A stretch of 43,950 nucleotides of DNA, taken from the IMG/VR virus record IMGVR_UViG_3300032216_000553, positions 1-43,950 of that record; one strand, 5' to 3'. Below, one piece after another: positions 9,301 to 17,730 of the stretch (within the stretch, counting starts at the first letter, position 1; every line of letters starts with the position of its first letter). The notes beneath the pieces are model-generated. The model did not search any database. It saw only the letters and a list, made by a program, of their open reading frames with translations, and had not been told where the DNA came from. Source of the stretch: a virus (taxonomy: Duplodnaviria; Caudoviricetes). The position numbers and the translations under genes were made by a program.

Positions 9301-12300
9301 CCAACTGACAACTTTGTTTAATCAGTTGAAGAGCAGCACTGAAGGAACTTATGGAGCGCAGAACTTACAAGAGTTTGCGGCCGAAGCGTGGAGTAATGAT
9401 GCTTTCCGTAGCCATCTGAAACAGTTCAAACCCACTGGCGAAAAGCTCACTGGTTGGGAGCGGCTGGTCAATGCCGTGCGTCAGTTGTTCCGTTTGCCAC
9501 CCAAGCATGAGACTGCGTTGACTGCAATTGACCGCATGCTCAATGAGATTGTTAGCCCACCACCCGAGACTCGCACGGGTGAAACTTTGTACGCGCAGTC
9601 ACTGCACAATCCTAATGTGGTGCAGGAGATGTTCACAAAGATGAACAAAACCATCCGCAAGCAACCCGTGATGAATACTGAACGTGCAGTTGGGTTTTGG
9701 AAAGCTGCGGAAAAAGTAGGTGCCACGGGCCGCACGTTGATGTACAAGTCGCTGAACTTGTTTGCTTTGGGCGATGTTGCCAAGAAGTATTTGGGTGACA
9801 GTGCTGTCCGATTTGCCAACACTATTGAAGAAATGGCTGGCTATCAGGAGAAGCTGCGTGAGGCAATGATTCCTTTGCACAACCGTCTTGAAGCGTTCCG
9901 TCAGTCTGACCGTTATCAAGCATGGTCTACGCTGGTGAACGACACAACCCGCGAAGATGTGAATCCCGATGCTCCGTTGAGCAAGTACCAAGGCAGTCCT
10001 GAAAAGGTAGCCCAGTGGAAACAGTTCAATGCCCGGTTTAACAAGCTGACAGATTCTGAAAAGAAACTGTACCGTGATTTGTTTGCCACTTACAAAGCTC
10101 TTGATGATGAGTTCTTGAAATCGTTGGAGCGCAATGTCGAGGCCACGGTGGGTGACAAAGCCAAGGCAGCATCTGCTTATCAAAAGATTTTGTTTGAATT
10201 GAGCACCCTGCGTATTGACCACTATGCCCCGCTGTTCCGCGAAGGGCCATTTTGGTTGCAGTACGACATCAATGGAGATGTTGAGAAGCAGACGTTTGCC
10301 TCTGAAGCCGAGCGTGACTTTGCACGTAAGCAACTGGAAGCCAAGGGCGCGACTAACTTTGACGCTTACTCACGCGCTGATCAACTGACTACCAAGACAG
10401 TACCGTCCGGTTCGATGCTTGCCGACATCATGAAGATCATGAAAGACAACGGTGCCGGTGAAGATGCGATTAACGACTTGATACAACTTGTTGTTAAGTC
10501 CATGCCCGAGGCCAGCATCCTCAAGAGCCGTCAGAAGCGTACCGGTATTGGCGGTTACATCGACAACGCAGCTTATGTGTTTGATCGTGTGAGCAGTGGC
10601 ACAGCGCGGCAATTGGCCCGGATGCAGTATGGCCCTGAACTACAACGTCTTGTGAAAGAGATGGAAGAGACGGTCAACAAAGCACGTGGCGATGCAAACA
10701 CCTATGGTGTGGAACTTCTCAAAGAGTTTGAAGGTCGCCGCCAGTTTGCGATGAAGCCCACTCTGTCCAATTTGTCGCAGTTTGCCAGTAGCGGCGCGTT
10801 CTATTACAACTTGGCCGGTAACGTATCTTCTGCACTGGTCAACTTGTTGCAGACTCCCATGATTGTCTTCCCGCAATTGGGTGGTGAGTATGGGTTCAAA
10901 GCTGCTGGTGACGCACTGAACAATGCCCGCAAACTTTATACAGGCAGTGGCTTCTCACGCAAAGTTACCGAACTGACGGGTGAGGCTTCTGATCAAAGGG
11001 CAATGACTTCTATTGAGAACTTGGTCAATGCTGGCAAAGCTGAACGCTATCGTGCCCTCATTGAAGCCATGAAGTCCCAAGGCATGTTGACTACATCAAC
11101 AGCACGTGATGCGTTGTATTCAGAAAACGACAACAAATCACTGTACGGAAGCACAGGCAAACTACAACGTATCACTACGTTGGTAGGCTCGTTCATGTTC
11201 CATCACGCCGAGCGCATGAACCGTGAGATTACCGCAGTGGCTGCATTTGATTTGGAGATGCAGAAGCTAAAGAACTCCAAGATGTCTGATGCGGAAAAGC
11301 AAACGCAAGCCATCAACAAAGCCATGAAGATGGTGGAGTATTCGCACGGTGCTGGTAGTACGCTGTCTGGGCCTAGCCTCGGTCAGAGTGACCTAGGAAA
11401 AGTTTTGATGGTGTTCAAACGCTATGCGTTCAGCATGTACTACATGTTGTTCGATACCATGATGCGTTCGCTCCCCGTGAAAGGTGCGACAGGTGAACAG
11501 CTTGAGCAGATCAAAGCAGCACGTAAACAACTCGCTGGCATTTATGGCATGGCGGCATTGTTCGCAGGTGCGAAGGGCGTACCTTTGTATTGGGTGGCTG
11601 AATTGGCTTACAACATGTTCCAAGGCGATGACGATGATGACTTTGATACTGTCATGCGCGGATTCCTTGGTGACTTTGCGTACAAAGGCCCAGTTAACTA
11701 CCTGACTAACCTGAGTGTTGCTGATCGTGTGGGTTGGACAGACTTGTTGTGGCGTGAGCAAAAAGGTAGCAAAGCCGACGCAAGTGCGTTGTCTCAGTTT
11801 GTGGAGGGGGTGCTTGGTGCTCCGTACTCAATTGCTGACAGCATCTTGCGGGGTAAAGACCTGATGGCCGAGGGCCAGTTTGAGCGTGGCATTGAGGCTA
11901 TGCTGCCTGTGTCTCTGCGTAACATCATGAAGAGCATCCGATACGCAAATGAAGGTGCTAATACATTGCGTGGTGATGCAGTGGGAGATGTGAACGGTTA
12001 CAACGCTGCCATGCAGATATTAGGTTTTGCACCCGCTGACCTGATGAAGCAGTACGAAGAAAATGCGTACATGACTGGCAAAGCCAAAGCCATCCGCACT
12101 CAAGAGAAAAACGCACTAAAGAAATACTATGCGGCTATGCGGGAGGGTGATACCGATGGCATGATGGACGCGCAAGAAAAGTTGTTTGACCTTGGTACAA
12201 AGTATCCCGAGTTGGGTATTACCCAAGACACACTGAATAAGTCAGTAGCTTCCCGCGAACGCATTTCAAGAGAGATGTATCACGGTGTGCAACTTGACCG

Positions 12301-12352
12301 TAAGCTGGCACCGTATCTGAGGCAAGCCGCAGCAGGAGCATACGGCGAATAA
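6320..12352 (+). CDS. Giant internal virion/ejection (polyvalent) protein with zincin-like metallopeptidase domain
   Basis: 2010 aa, last gene of the structural arm. IIHEASHAA followed by a downstream QEFAAEA motif; hydrophobic helices at the N- and C-termini. Confidence 0.7.
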   Translation: MIITLPKLGPVRFDDNLSPEEFQQQVETLSKKYDFKIPKPDVGIGTLLGRGFMRGMGETGIALGDILPAMGASALGFEDYAKKQMGEAAASRAELERKYPTQFKSYEEISSPYEALQYGAETLGELGPTALTAMIPGIGAEAVGARLAGQSALRAAQAAGPVSRAGLAAVEKTAETAGRRAMYGGVYLGSFAQNAPEVFESIYKETNKMEPGIAALAGGISSLLDSVVPGQVMDNLGKYGKMKVVEQLVKDSGAAPKVWKYIGKEAVKTAGAEGLTETAQEAINAAAEQVAGSTKGLLDPENIQRFKESFVKGAIGGGAFGTVGGTSQGLTARKEYRNTKEAEEALQAQYEAEKAAGTLTPEKAAEYEAQIEAARKQREAELTQTFAGLPDFNQRQVELQALQARMDQARPGSPAYAELEEKIKAAQEEVAAEQAKQAEIDAKKAEGSAFAKVPPTPGTGGMYKPGLEQQRAEQQAATRQFAFGPVATNVPGDPVTVDTLKNLKVSDRSKVGMELLGTDLDTADGRRKFIQTLENPSFMGNIDPAAYDDIISTFDPKEVAAARAEMKAETLSPTKQKQQEQTRTFAFGAPNVTRPNAPSAGGSAGMAGKSDTGGTTTTTEGTEPGGMVSTGTTTEQPTDGEGQQSTTVNEGIATDGTTTTKTQQTETQGQEAPTAGTPTVTVSDQDIVHAKLGQRGVKLDEQGKDAKAYFGKVTVPLALDSIANDLVYQPTAYRNAKMKAFENHPNGPQPAFSNEAEAAFFLGQGGVHAKNAAAWVRANMSPESVAFMEQKVAQYEKEKRRSESVRRRQEAQTKVRKATKQQVADETATAEAEGEYVPTKDDIKEFYGTKSKAGKEKGRLQRLANELAQEDLYGDLDNIADSDLGNLLADEELAALHSQAHPVVLNQLANNNLVGALNALAESGSSKGAELFARLLAKVVGDVNVVYGAEKSMYDPKTNTVYLRDGASEYEIIHEASHAAMSHVLDNPSHPVTRQLTTLFNQLKSSTEGTYGAQNLQEFAAEAWSNDAFRSHLKQFKPTGEKLTGWERLVNAVRQLFRLPPKHETALTAIDRMLNEIVSPPPETRTGETLYAQSLHNPNVVQEMFTKMNKTIRKQPVMNTERAVGFWKAAEKVGATGRTLMYKSLNLFALGDVAKKYLGDSAVRFANTIEEMAGYQEKLREAMIPLHNRLEAFRQSDRYQAWSTLVNDTTREDVNPDAPLSKYQGSPEKVAQWKQFNARFNKLTDSEKKLYRDLFATYKALDDEFLKSLERNVEATVGDKAKAASAYQKILFELSTLRIDHYAPLFREGPFWLQYDINGDVEKQTFASEAERDFARKQLEAKGATNFDAYSRADQLTTKTVPSGSMLADIMKIMKDNGAGEDAINDLIQLVVKSMPEASILKSRQKRTGIGGYIDNAAYVFDRVSSGTARQLARMQYGPELQRLVKEMEETVNKARGDANTYGVELLKEFEGRRQFAMKPTLSNLSQFASSGAFYYNLAGNVSSALVNLLQTPMIVFPQLGGEYGFKAAGDALNNARKLYTGSGFSRKVTELTGEASDQRAMTSIENLVNAGKAERYRALIEAMKSQGMLTTSTARDALYSENDNKSLYGSTGKLQRITTLVGSFMFHHAERMNREITAVAAFDLEMQKLKNSKMSDAEKQTQAINKAMKMVEYSHGAGSTLSGPSLGQSDLGKVLMVFKRYAFSMYYMLFDTMMRSLPVKGATGEQLEQIKAARKQLAGIYGMAALFAGAKGVPLYWVAELAYNMFQGDDDDDFDTVMRGFLGDFAYKGPVNYLTNLSVADRVGWTDLLWREQKGSKADASALSQFVEGVLGAPYSIADSILRGKDLMAEGQFERGIEAMLPVSLRNIMKSIRYANEGANTLRGDAVGDVNGYNAAMQILGFAPADLMKQYEENAYMTGKAKAIRTQEKNALKKYYAAMREGDTDGMMDAQEKLFDLGTKYPELGITQDTLNKSVASRERISREMYHGVQLDRKLAPYLRQAAAGAYGE
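8091..8264 (+). CDS. Putative overprinted small protein (57 aa) in the +1 frame of the giant gene
   Basis: GGAG at 8081-8084, ATG at 8091. Amphipathic-helix-like sequence MLQDLTPHQLEEALAWLASP...EWYLLEQLLNNLL. The main frame is low-complexity here. Confidence 0.55.
   Translation: MLQDLTPHQLEEALAWLASPIQEAPPQPLKELNPVEWYLLEQLLNNLLTEKDSSPLQ
8283..8360 (+). CDS. Putative overprinted basic peptide (25 aa)
   Basis: AAGGA upstream of ATG 8283. MALRPLKPSKQKRKDKKHQPLEPQQ, same +1 frame as the 8091 ORF. Confidence 0.35.
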   Translation: MALRPLKPSKQKRKDKKHQPLEPQQ

Positions 12353-12380
12353 AAAAAGACCCCGACCGAAGTCGGGGTTC
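12351..12380 (-). terminator. Rho-independent terminator at the convergence of the two arms
   Basis: On the - strand: GAACCCCGAC-TTCG-GTCGGGGTC followed by T7. Confidence 0.9.
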
Positions 12381-12420
12381 AAGGAGACAGCAACTAACAG
12401 GAGAGAGTGACAAGTTGCTA
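12351..12420 (-). ncRNA. Candidate small RNA with anti-Shine-Dalgarno loop
   Basis: Extended -10 (TGcTAGAGT, 12434-12426) upstream. 7-bp stem AGCAACT/AGTTGCT with 17-nt loop TGTCACTCTCTCCTGTT, then the terminator. Confidence 0.5.
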
Positions 12421-12439
12421 GGCGAACTCTAGCACACTG

Positions 12440-12643
12440 TCAAATGATTCGCCAGAATCTCACCCCTTGCATGTCGCGCTCCAGTACAAAACGTAGTTTT
12501 ATTTTCATACCCCGCTCTTTAGCGTAGGCTATTACTTGTTCTGCAACATCATGGCGATCTAAGCACGGTATGTAGAAGGAACTTCCTACTACAAACTTAT
12601 GCCATTCTATTACAACAGGTACGCCATCAGCCTTTATTGTCAT
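12440..12643 (-). CDS. Small hypothetical protein
   Basis: ATG at 12643 overlaps the primase end. VGSSFYIPC...GVRFWRI motif resembles small phage DNA-binding proteins. Confidence 0.65.
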   Translation of the reverse strand: MTIKADGVPVVIEWHKFVVGSSFYIPCLDRHDVAEQVIAYAKERGMKIKLRFVLERDMQGVRFWRII

Positions 12644-15473
12644 GGCTAGTTTGGACTTCACCCTCGGGGTCAAGCTCCGTTGCTACTGAACAGTCGATCA
12701 CCAGTGCAAACACCGATGGGGTCGCAATGTCCGAACCTTTGGACAGACTCTTCTTAATCACGCCTGTGGTGATCTTGTTTTTCTGCAAGTCTTCGCACAG
12801 CATCTTGTAAGAGATTTGGTTGTCACTGCACCATTCACGCAATGCTTTTGAAGAGATGTAGAGCAACTTCTTATCAGGCTCGTATCTCGTCATCAGCTCT
12901 CCACGGGGTTCACGGATTGGCGCTTCGGTAAGCCCCGACCGTTTGTCCACGTTGCTGTTGATGATGAGCATATTGTTGTTGTTCTCGTTGAGGAACATAC
13001 CGATGCGGCTCAATGGGGTCATGCCATCAGAGCGCACTTCAACCCGCATGCGGCTCAATGTAGCAACTGCCCACTCATAAACTTTCGATACGTCAATGTC
13101 GTGCAGACCCAACTTCTTGGTAATGATGCCCGATGTGATGGCGCATGCTGCCGTTGCTGACCAAAAGCGTTCGCGTTGTGTAAACCCTGCGGCTTTATCT
13201 AACTTGCGTTGGACTGCTGCTAAAAGGCGTTGCACTTCAGGCAGGTTGGCGATCACGTAACGTATAAAGATTTCACCAGCCACCCCAAAGTTTTCGTACA
13301 TGGGGTTGAACATGGCATCTGATTCAGCCTTACTGAGGTTGTCGTTCTTGGCAACTGCAAACTCCAGTACCCGCATGAGTTCGCCCTCGGGAAAGTCTTT
13401 GAGGTTATACAACTGATCGTACAAACTCTTGTTGCCTGATGTAATCGCAATTAAATACCAGCGCAGTGAATTGCTACGCTCTGCATTAGTCTGCGACTGC
13501 ATGCGGTTACGGCCTCGACCATGCGTAATAGCGTAAGCCATCGCACTGACTTCTTCGTCAGGCATGTTGGTCAACTCGTCAATTGTCGGGGGCAGATTGC
13601 CAAGCACCGATACACGGTGCATACGCGCCAAGTATTTATCTTCTTGGTTCATCAACGGTTCAACAGGGCGACCCCAAATACTATTCACCAAAAGTTGGAT
13701 CGTGGTTTTACCTACTCCTGAGCCATTGTTTGTCAGGTGAATGATTGCCCCGTTTAATTTCGTGAACTTGTAAAGCGCAGACCCAAAACCTGCGAACAGG
13801 GTGAAGGCACGTACTTCATTGCCGGGCGCTGCGTAGATGTTGGCAACCTTCTTCCACTCTGCTACCGTACCTTTCTTTGTGTAGTAGGCGGCAACTTCTG
13901 CGGTTGCATTTGATGAGGGGCTGTAGTTAACCCCTGATGCGGTAACTTCGCGGTTGCCAATAATGAACTTGGTGTCATCTTCATGCCAACCAAATTGTTG
14001 CCGTGCTTTTTCTGCTTCAGACATATGTTGTAACTCCTGTACCCATTTTGTTATGTAACCCATAAGTGCATCCAATCGTTTGTTGTAGGCAGTGACCCCT
14101 TGGAATGCCAGCACCTCACGCAGCTTGTCTTTAGATAAAACGCTGGAAAGCGGTGCGGAAAATTCACGGATTCCATCTTTGGGCATATGCAAACGCATCC
14201 ACAAAGATTCCCCAGTGTCAGGGTCATCTAGCCTTTTGACTACGTAGAAGTCGTACTCATAAACCAATTCATCTTTTTGGTCTTCGCCCTTCTCGTCTTT
14301 GCCCCAACCTCGCTTGTAAACACCGCCATTTTTGCCACGGAAATATGGATGCGGATACTCGGGGATTTCAACCGTCACATCTTCTTCAAGCACTGCGTTA
14401 CGCATCACAACGATGTTGTCTTCCGCCTTGGCTTCAGCAATACGTGCCCCGATCTGTATGGGTGATGTGATCTTGCCTTTGTTAGGGCAGTCTTGGCATG
14501 GTGCGGAATTAATGCCAGTGAAGGTTGTGCATTTGTATGGCTTGTCGCGTAGTGCGTTGGCTTTGTTAAATGTCTCGTGCGGGTCGTACTCAGGGTGCTG
14601 ATTACTAATCTTGTGGATGGATGTTTCTCCATCTTCACAGTTGACTGCGATAGAAAGCCCTGCCCTCCACAGCGGTTCTTCTACAGTATCTTGTTCGCGG
14701 TAGATGCGGAGCAGTTGAGCGCAGCCTTCACCTTCAATACTTTTACGCATGATGGTCGTAAACTTTGATACGCTGTTACCCATCAAAGCGCGAGTCGTTG
14801 CGTCTATTGGTCTACGAGGCGGGGTGTCGGAGCCAAACAAACCAGTGGGTTCATCAGGTTCATCTTCGACACCTATCAACGTCTTGAACCGTGCAAACTC
14901 CACGGGCTGCGACTCTACCAATACAGCGACTTGTTTAGGTGGGCTGTCTTTATAGTTCAGCGTTTCGGGTATGCGTAAGATTCGTGCGGCATCTGCTGTA
15001 ACCGCAGGGTCTGCGTCTAGGTTGTAAGAAGCACAAAACTTTTTCAGTGCTTCGGCTGTTGGCTTCCAATCGTTGTAGCCAATAGTTTCCGTCAGTGTCC
15101 AGTAAACGTGTATGCCACGCCCTGAGTTGACAATAGTGGGTCGAGGTAGCCCAGTTGTTTTAACAAATTGTCTGAGGGCATCCAATGCGGATGCTTGTGT
15201 GGCGTATGGTTTGTTTTCCCCGCAATCAAGATCAAGCCAAAATGCTTTGAACCACTTTGCGTTTTTCGCTGTGCGGCCTTCAGTATCTAGCAGGTACTTG
15301 GCACAACCAAAGTATGTGTCGTACCCCTGTGTAATCAGGCCATCAACTACGCCATCAATCTCATCAACTGTTTCTACAAATGTTTGCCTCACCACGCTCT
15401 TCTTCAACCCAACCACGCAATACAAACCTTCAGGGGCAAGCACGGTGGAGAGAAAGTTAGTCCGTGATGTCAT
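12627..15473 (-). CDS. Primase-helicase (N-terminal AEP/RepB-like primase, Cys cluster, DUF927-like superfamily 3 helicase)
   Basis: WLDLD, SGRGIHVYW and RILRIP primase motifs; C..C..C cluster; Walker A GSGVGKTT and Walker B TIDE. Confidence 0.85.
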   Translation of the reverse strand: MTSRTNFLSTVLAPEGLYCVVGLKKSVVRQTFVETVDEIDGVVDGLITQGYDTYFGCAKYLLDTEGRTAKNAKWFKAFWLDLDCGENKPYATQASALDALRQFVKTTGLPRPTIVNSGRGIHVYWTLTETIGYNDWKPTAEALKKFCASYNLDADPAVTADAARILRIPETLNYKDSPPKQVAVLVESQPVEFARFKTLIGVEDEPDEPTGLFGSDTPPRRPIDATTRALMGNSVSKFTTIMRKSIEGEGCAQLLRIYREQDTVEEPLWRAGLSIAVNCEDGETSIHKISNQHPEYDPHETFNKANALRDKPYKCTTFTGINSAPCQDCPNKGKITSPIQIGARIAEAKAEDNIVVMRNAVLEEDVTVEIPEYPHPYFRGKNGGVYKRGWGKDEKGEDQKDELVYEYDFYVVKRLDDPDTGESLWMRLHMPKDGIREFSAPLSSVLSKDKLREVLAFQGVTAYNKRLDALMGYITKWVQELQHMSEAEKARQQFGWHEDDTKFIIGNREVTASGVNYSPSSNATAEVAAYYTKKGTVAEWKKVANIYAAPGNEVRAFTLFAGFGSALYKFTKLNGAIIHLTNNGSGVGKTTIQLLVNSIWGRPVEPLMNQEDKYLARMHRVSVLGNLPPTIDELTNMPDEEVSAMAYAITHGRGRNRMQSQTNAERSNSLRWYLIAITSGNKSLYDQLYNLKDFPEGELMRVLEFAVAKNDNLSKAESDAMFNPMYENFGVAGEIFIRYVIANLPEVQRLLAAVQRKLDKAAGFTQRERFWSATAACAITSGIITKKLGLHDIDVSKVYEWAVATLSRMRVEVRSDGMTPLSRIGMFLNENNNNMLIINSNVDKRSGLTEAPIREPRGELMTRYEPDKKLLYISSKALREWCSDNQISYKMLCEDLQKNKITTGVIKKSLSKGSDIATPSVFALVIDCSVATELDPEGEVQTSHDNKG

Positions 15474-15487
15474 GTTCGCTCTTTAGA

Positions 15488-15527
15488 CAAAAAAGCCATC
15501 CGGTCTACTGGCGATAGACCTTCAGGC
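15488..15527 (-). terminator. Terminator/attenuator-like hairpin immediately upstream of the primase
   Basis: On the - strand: GCC-TGAA-GGTCTA-7 nt-TAGACC-GGAT-GGC followed by T6. Confidence 0.5.
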
Positions 15528-15536
15528 GGGGGTAGG

Positions 15537-15785
15537 TTAGGATGCGGATGTAGCCGCTAGACGCTCAAGCAGTTCTGATAATACTTTGCGTTTATCGGGG
15601 TGCGGTAAGGATTTCCCCAAGAACCAAAGATAAATCGCCTGACGTGATACGTTGAGATAATCAGCAACATCCTGTACGGGAATGTCGCGTTCTATGCAGA
15701 TGCGCCCAAGCTGCACACCCAAATGAAATGGGTCTGCCGTCTTGTTGGCATCAACAAATTTACGAGAGTAGCCTCTGTTGTTCAT
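15537..15785 (-). CDS. XRE/Cro-like HTH protein
   Basis: PVQDVADYLNVSRQAIYLWFLG helix-turn-helix. Confidence 0.8.
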   Translation of the reverse strand: MNNRGYSRKFVDANKTADPFHLGVQLGRICIERDIPVQDVADYLNVSRQAIYLWFLGKSLPHPDKRKVLSELLERLAATSAS

Positions 15786-16107
15786 ATTCGTCTTTGCTAA
15801 CTACTTTCATTACGCGCTGACTACGACCTGAACGTGCTTTACGTTTTTCGCCTGTATCAACAATCCAACCCTTGCGAATCAGTGGGGCGTAACGTGGGCT
15901 AATTGTTTGTATGCCGTATTGAGGCAACATCTTCACAACGTCATCACCAATGCACCCGTTGGGAAACTGCTTGATGACTTCGTAAACGATGTGCTCCAGT
16001 TCGGTGGTATCAATTGACTCGGCGGCTTCATGGCTCGTCTCGGGGTCAGTGTCACGTGCCAAACCGGGGTTTAGGTTTGGCTCACTCGACAAATGATCTT
16101 GTTGCAT
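15760..16107 (-). CDS. Hypothetical winged-helix-like protein
   Basis: SD AAGGAG. ARDTDPETSHEAA and SPRYAPL..GWIVDTGEKR..SGR motifs common in phage proteins. Confidence 0.7.
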   Translation of the reverse strand: MQQDHLSSEPNLNPGLARDTDPETSHEAAESIDTTELEHIVYEVIKQFPNGCIGDDVVKMLPQYGIQTISPRYAPLIRKGWIVDTGEKRKARSGRSQRVMKVVSKDEYEQQRLLS

Positions 16108-16121
16108 GTCACTCTCCTTAT

Positions 16122-16200
16122 AGGTGGGGGTACTCGCTGCACTGTGTCTTTCGGTGCTATGTGCATAGCGACTCCAGCATCTGCTTTCCCCCCGTAACCT
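16122..16200 (-). ncRNA. Candidate structured intergenic RNA element
   Basis: GGGG-GAA...AGUA-CCCC (loop-E-like), GCUG/CAGU helix and GCUAU-GCAC-AUAGC hairpin fill the whole intergenic gap. Confidence 0.45.
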
Positions 16201-17081
16201 TACTCAGCCCAGTCGTCCAAGATGTCAGCCACATCTTTTGGTGCGGCTTTCTTAGCGCGTTTGGTAGGCTCGGCTTCTTCGACCGTTTCAGCAGCTACCT
16301 TGGGTTGCGCTTTGGGGGCAGGGGCTTCCTCCACAGGCGCGGCAATCTTTGGCTTCACGTTATCCATCTGTGCAACCGTTGCAGCGACCGCAGCCTTGGC
16401 TTCGGGGCTACGGCCTTTCTCTTGTGCCATTTCCAACTCTTCAGCTTCCAAGGGACGCACGGCTTTGAAGGTCAGGCGGGGCGTTGCGCTTGAGGTATCA
16501 AAACGCATCTCGGTCACAACGGCGGTCACGGGCAGACCATGACTACCCAAGAACTTAGCATATGCTTGCAGAGGCATTTTGCCGCTTTCAGCCGCACCAA
16601 AGATTGACTGTGCGGGGAGCGTCAATTGATAAATGTCTCCACGAATATCGTTCTCCAAGAGGACGGCAAGGCGCTGGCTGAAACGGCATGCACGTGAGTC
16701 ACCTTGGCCTGAGCCTTTGATGTTTTGAGCGCATGAGGCGCACTTGCTTGCTTGCGGTGATTCGACCTTGATGTCGGGTGTGATGCCATCGTTTGACCAG
16801 CATGAGGGTGCTGTAGATTGGCCTTCTTGGTATGTGCCTTCATAGTAACTTCTTGATACGTTCGCATTAGCTGCCGCGATGACGATGTTCATCGAACGGT
16901 CTTCGTTCTGTGCAACTTCTTTACCGTCAACCATCATACGGAAGACGCCGCCACGGATAGAGATACGCTTGCCACCAGTGCCGCCACCCATCAGGGCTTT
17001 GGTTGTCTCGTCCAGTTGCAGGTTCTTAAGGTGTGCGGGAAGGTTGTTGCCGCCTTTAGAAAACAGGGTCATTTCACTCAT
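16200..17081 (-). CDS. Putative single-stranded DNA-binding/annealing protein
   Basis: RISIRGGVF, CWSNDG..C..C..N..GS...CR motifs, Ala/Pro linker and acidic tail (ILDDWAE). Located in the replication module. Confidence 0.6.
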   Translation of the reverse strand: MSEMTLFSKGGNNLPAHLKNLQLDETTKALMGGGTGGKRISIRGGVFRMMVDGKEVAQNEDRSMNIVIAAANANVSRSYYEGTYQEGQSTAPSCWSNDGITPDIKVESPQASKCASCAQNIKGSGQGDSRACRFSQRLAVLLENDIRGDIYQLTLPAQSIFGAAESGKMPLQAYAKFLGSHGLPVTAVVTEMRFDTSSATPRLTFKAVRPLEAEELEMAQEKGRSPEAKAAVAATVAQMDNVKPKIAAPVEEAPAPKAQPKVAAETVEEAEPTKRAKKAAPKDVADILDDWAE

Positions 17082-17269
17082 TTGGTTTCTCCAGTTGTTA
17101 CAGATTTGGGTTGCATAAGGGCGTTGATGTCAGCGCGGTTAAACCGCACTTTGGCACCTACCCTGAAATGTGGGATTGTTCCCGCTTTGATCATGTTGTA
17201 AACGGTCTGCCGTGACATCCGCAGTAGCTTTGCAACTTCGGGTACGGTTAACGATGCTTCAAGTTCCAC
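17078..17269 (-). CDS. Excisionase-like HTH_17 DNA-binding protein
   Basis: LTVPEVAKLLRMSRQTVYNMIKAGTIPHFRVG. Confidence 0.85.
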   Translation of the reverse strand: MELEASLTVPEVAKLLRMSRQTVYNMIKAGTIPHFRVGAKVRFNRADINALMQPKSVTTGETK

Positions 17270-17666
17270 CTGTGGTTCTCCTTATGGTTACGCTGTATTT
17301 GCTGTCTATGTTCATGCCTACCGGCATGAGGTCAGGGTTCTCCTCCAGTAGTTGCTTCATGGTAGTTTGACTGACGCGCCTCTCCAGCAGTTCAGGCATC
17401 TTGTGTTCCAAGATAAACTTGTGCAGGGCTTCCCAGTCGCTTGTCCAGTAGCGTGTCTTCACAGTACGCATTACCGTACCGTGTTTGCTACCGAGTTTGT
17501 CGGCACCGATTTCCTTGCAGAGTTCCAATAACTTGGCTTCCACAAGCTCCATTTGTGCCTTCACAGAGCCGTCAACTTCTTCGTAGTCGCGTAGAAGTTC
17601 AGCCCTTTTGTCGCGCATCTTGATGTAAGCGGCGACGAGTTTATCAACCGATATTGTCTCGGTCAT
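17259..17666 (-). CDS. Conserved phage replication-module hypothetical protein
   Basis: SD AGGAG, ATG at 17666. Coiled N-terminus and DWEALHKFI..LLERRV motif. Confidence 0.7.
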   Translation of the reverse strand: MTETISVDKLVAAYIKMRDKRAELLRDYEEVDGSVKAQMELVEAKLLELCKEIGADKLGSKHGTVMRTVKTRYWTSDWEALHKFILEHKMPELLERRVSQTTMKQLLEENPDLMPVGMNIDSKYSVTIRRTTGGT

Positions 17667-17695
17667 GTCACTCTCCTGTTGATATTGTGATTGAA

Positions 17696-17723
17696 ATAAT
17701 AGCCGAAAATTTAACAATGTCAA
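17696..17723 (-). promoter_or_regulatory. Sigma-70-type promoter
   Basis: TTGACA-16 bp-TATTAT in the intergenic gap upstream of 17666. Confidence 0.6.
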
Positions 17724-17730
17724 GCGTTGT

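Noticed and set aside
9599-10333. 244-aa antisense ORF within the giant gene
   Set aside because: Shadow ORF with no SD and no recognisable motifs, unlike the sense +1 ORF at 8091.
12381-12412. Plus-strand GGA motifs as a CsrA/RsmA sponge or an RBS for a missed gene
   Set aside because: No start codon or ORF follows, there are only two GGA motifs, and the promoter and terminator polarity favour a minus-strand RNA.
17078-17269. Excisionase as evidence of an integrated prophage
   Set aside because: No integrase, att site or host genes in the window; HTH_17 proteins are common in non-integrating phages.
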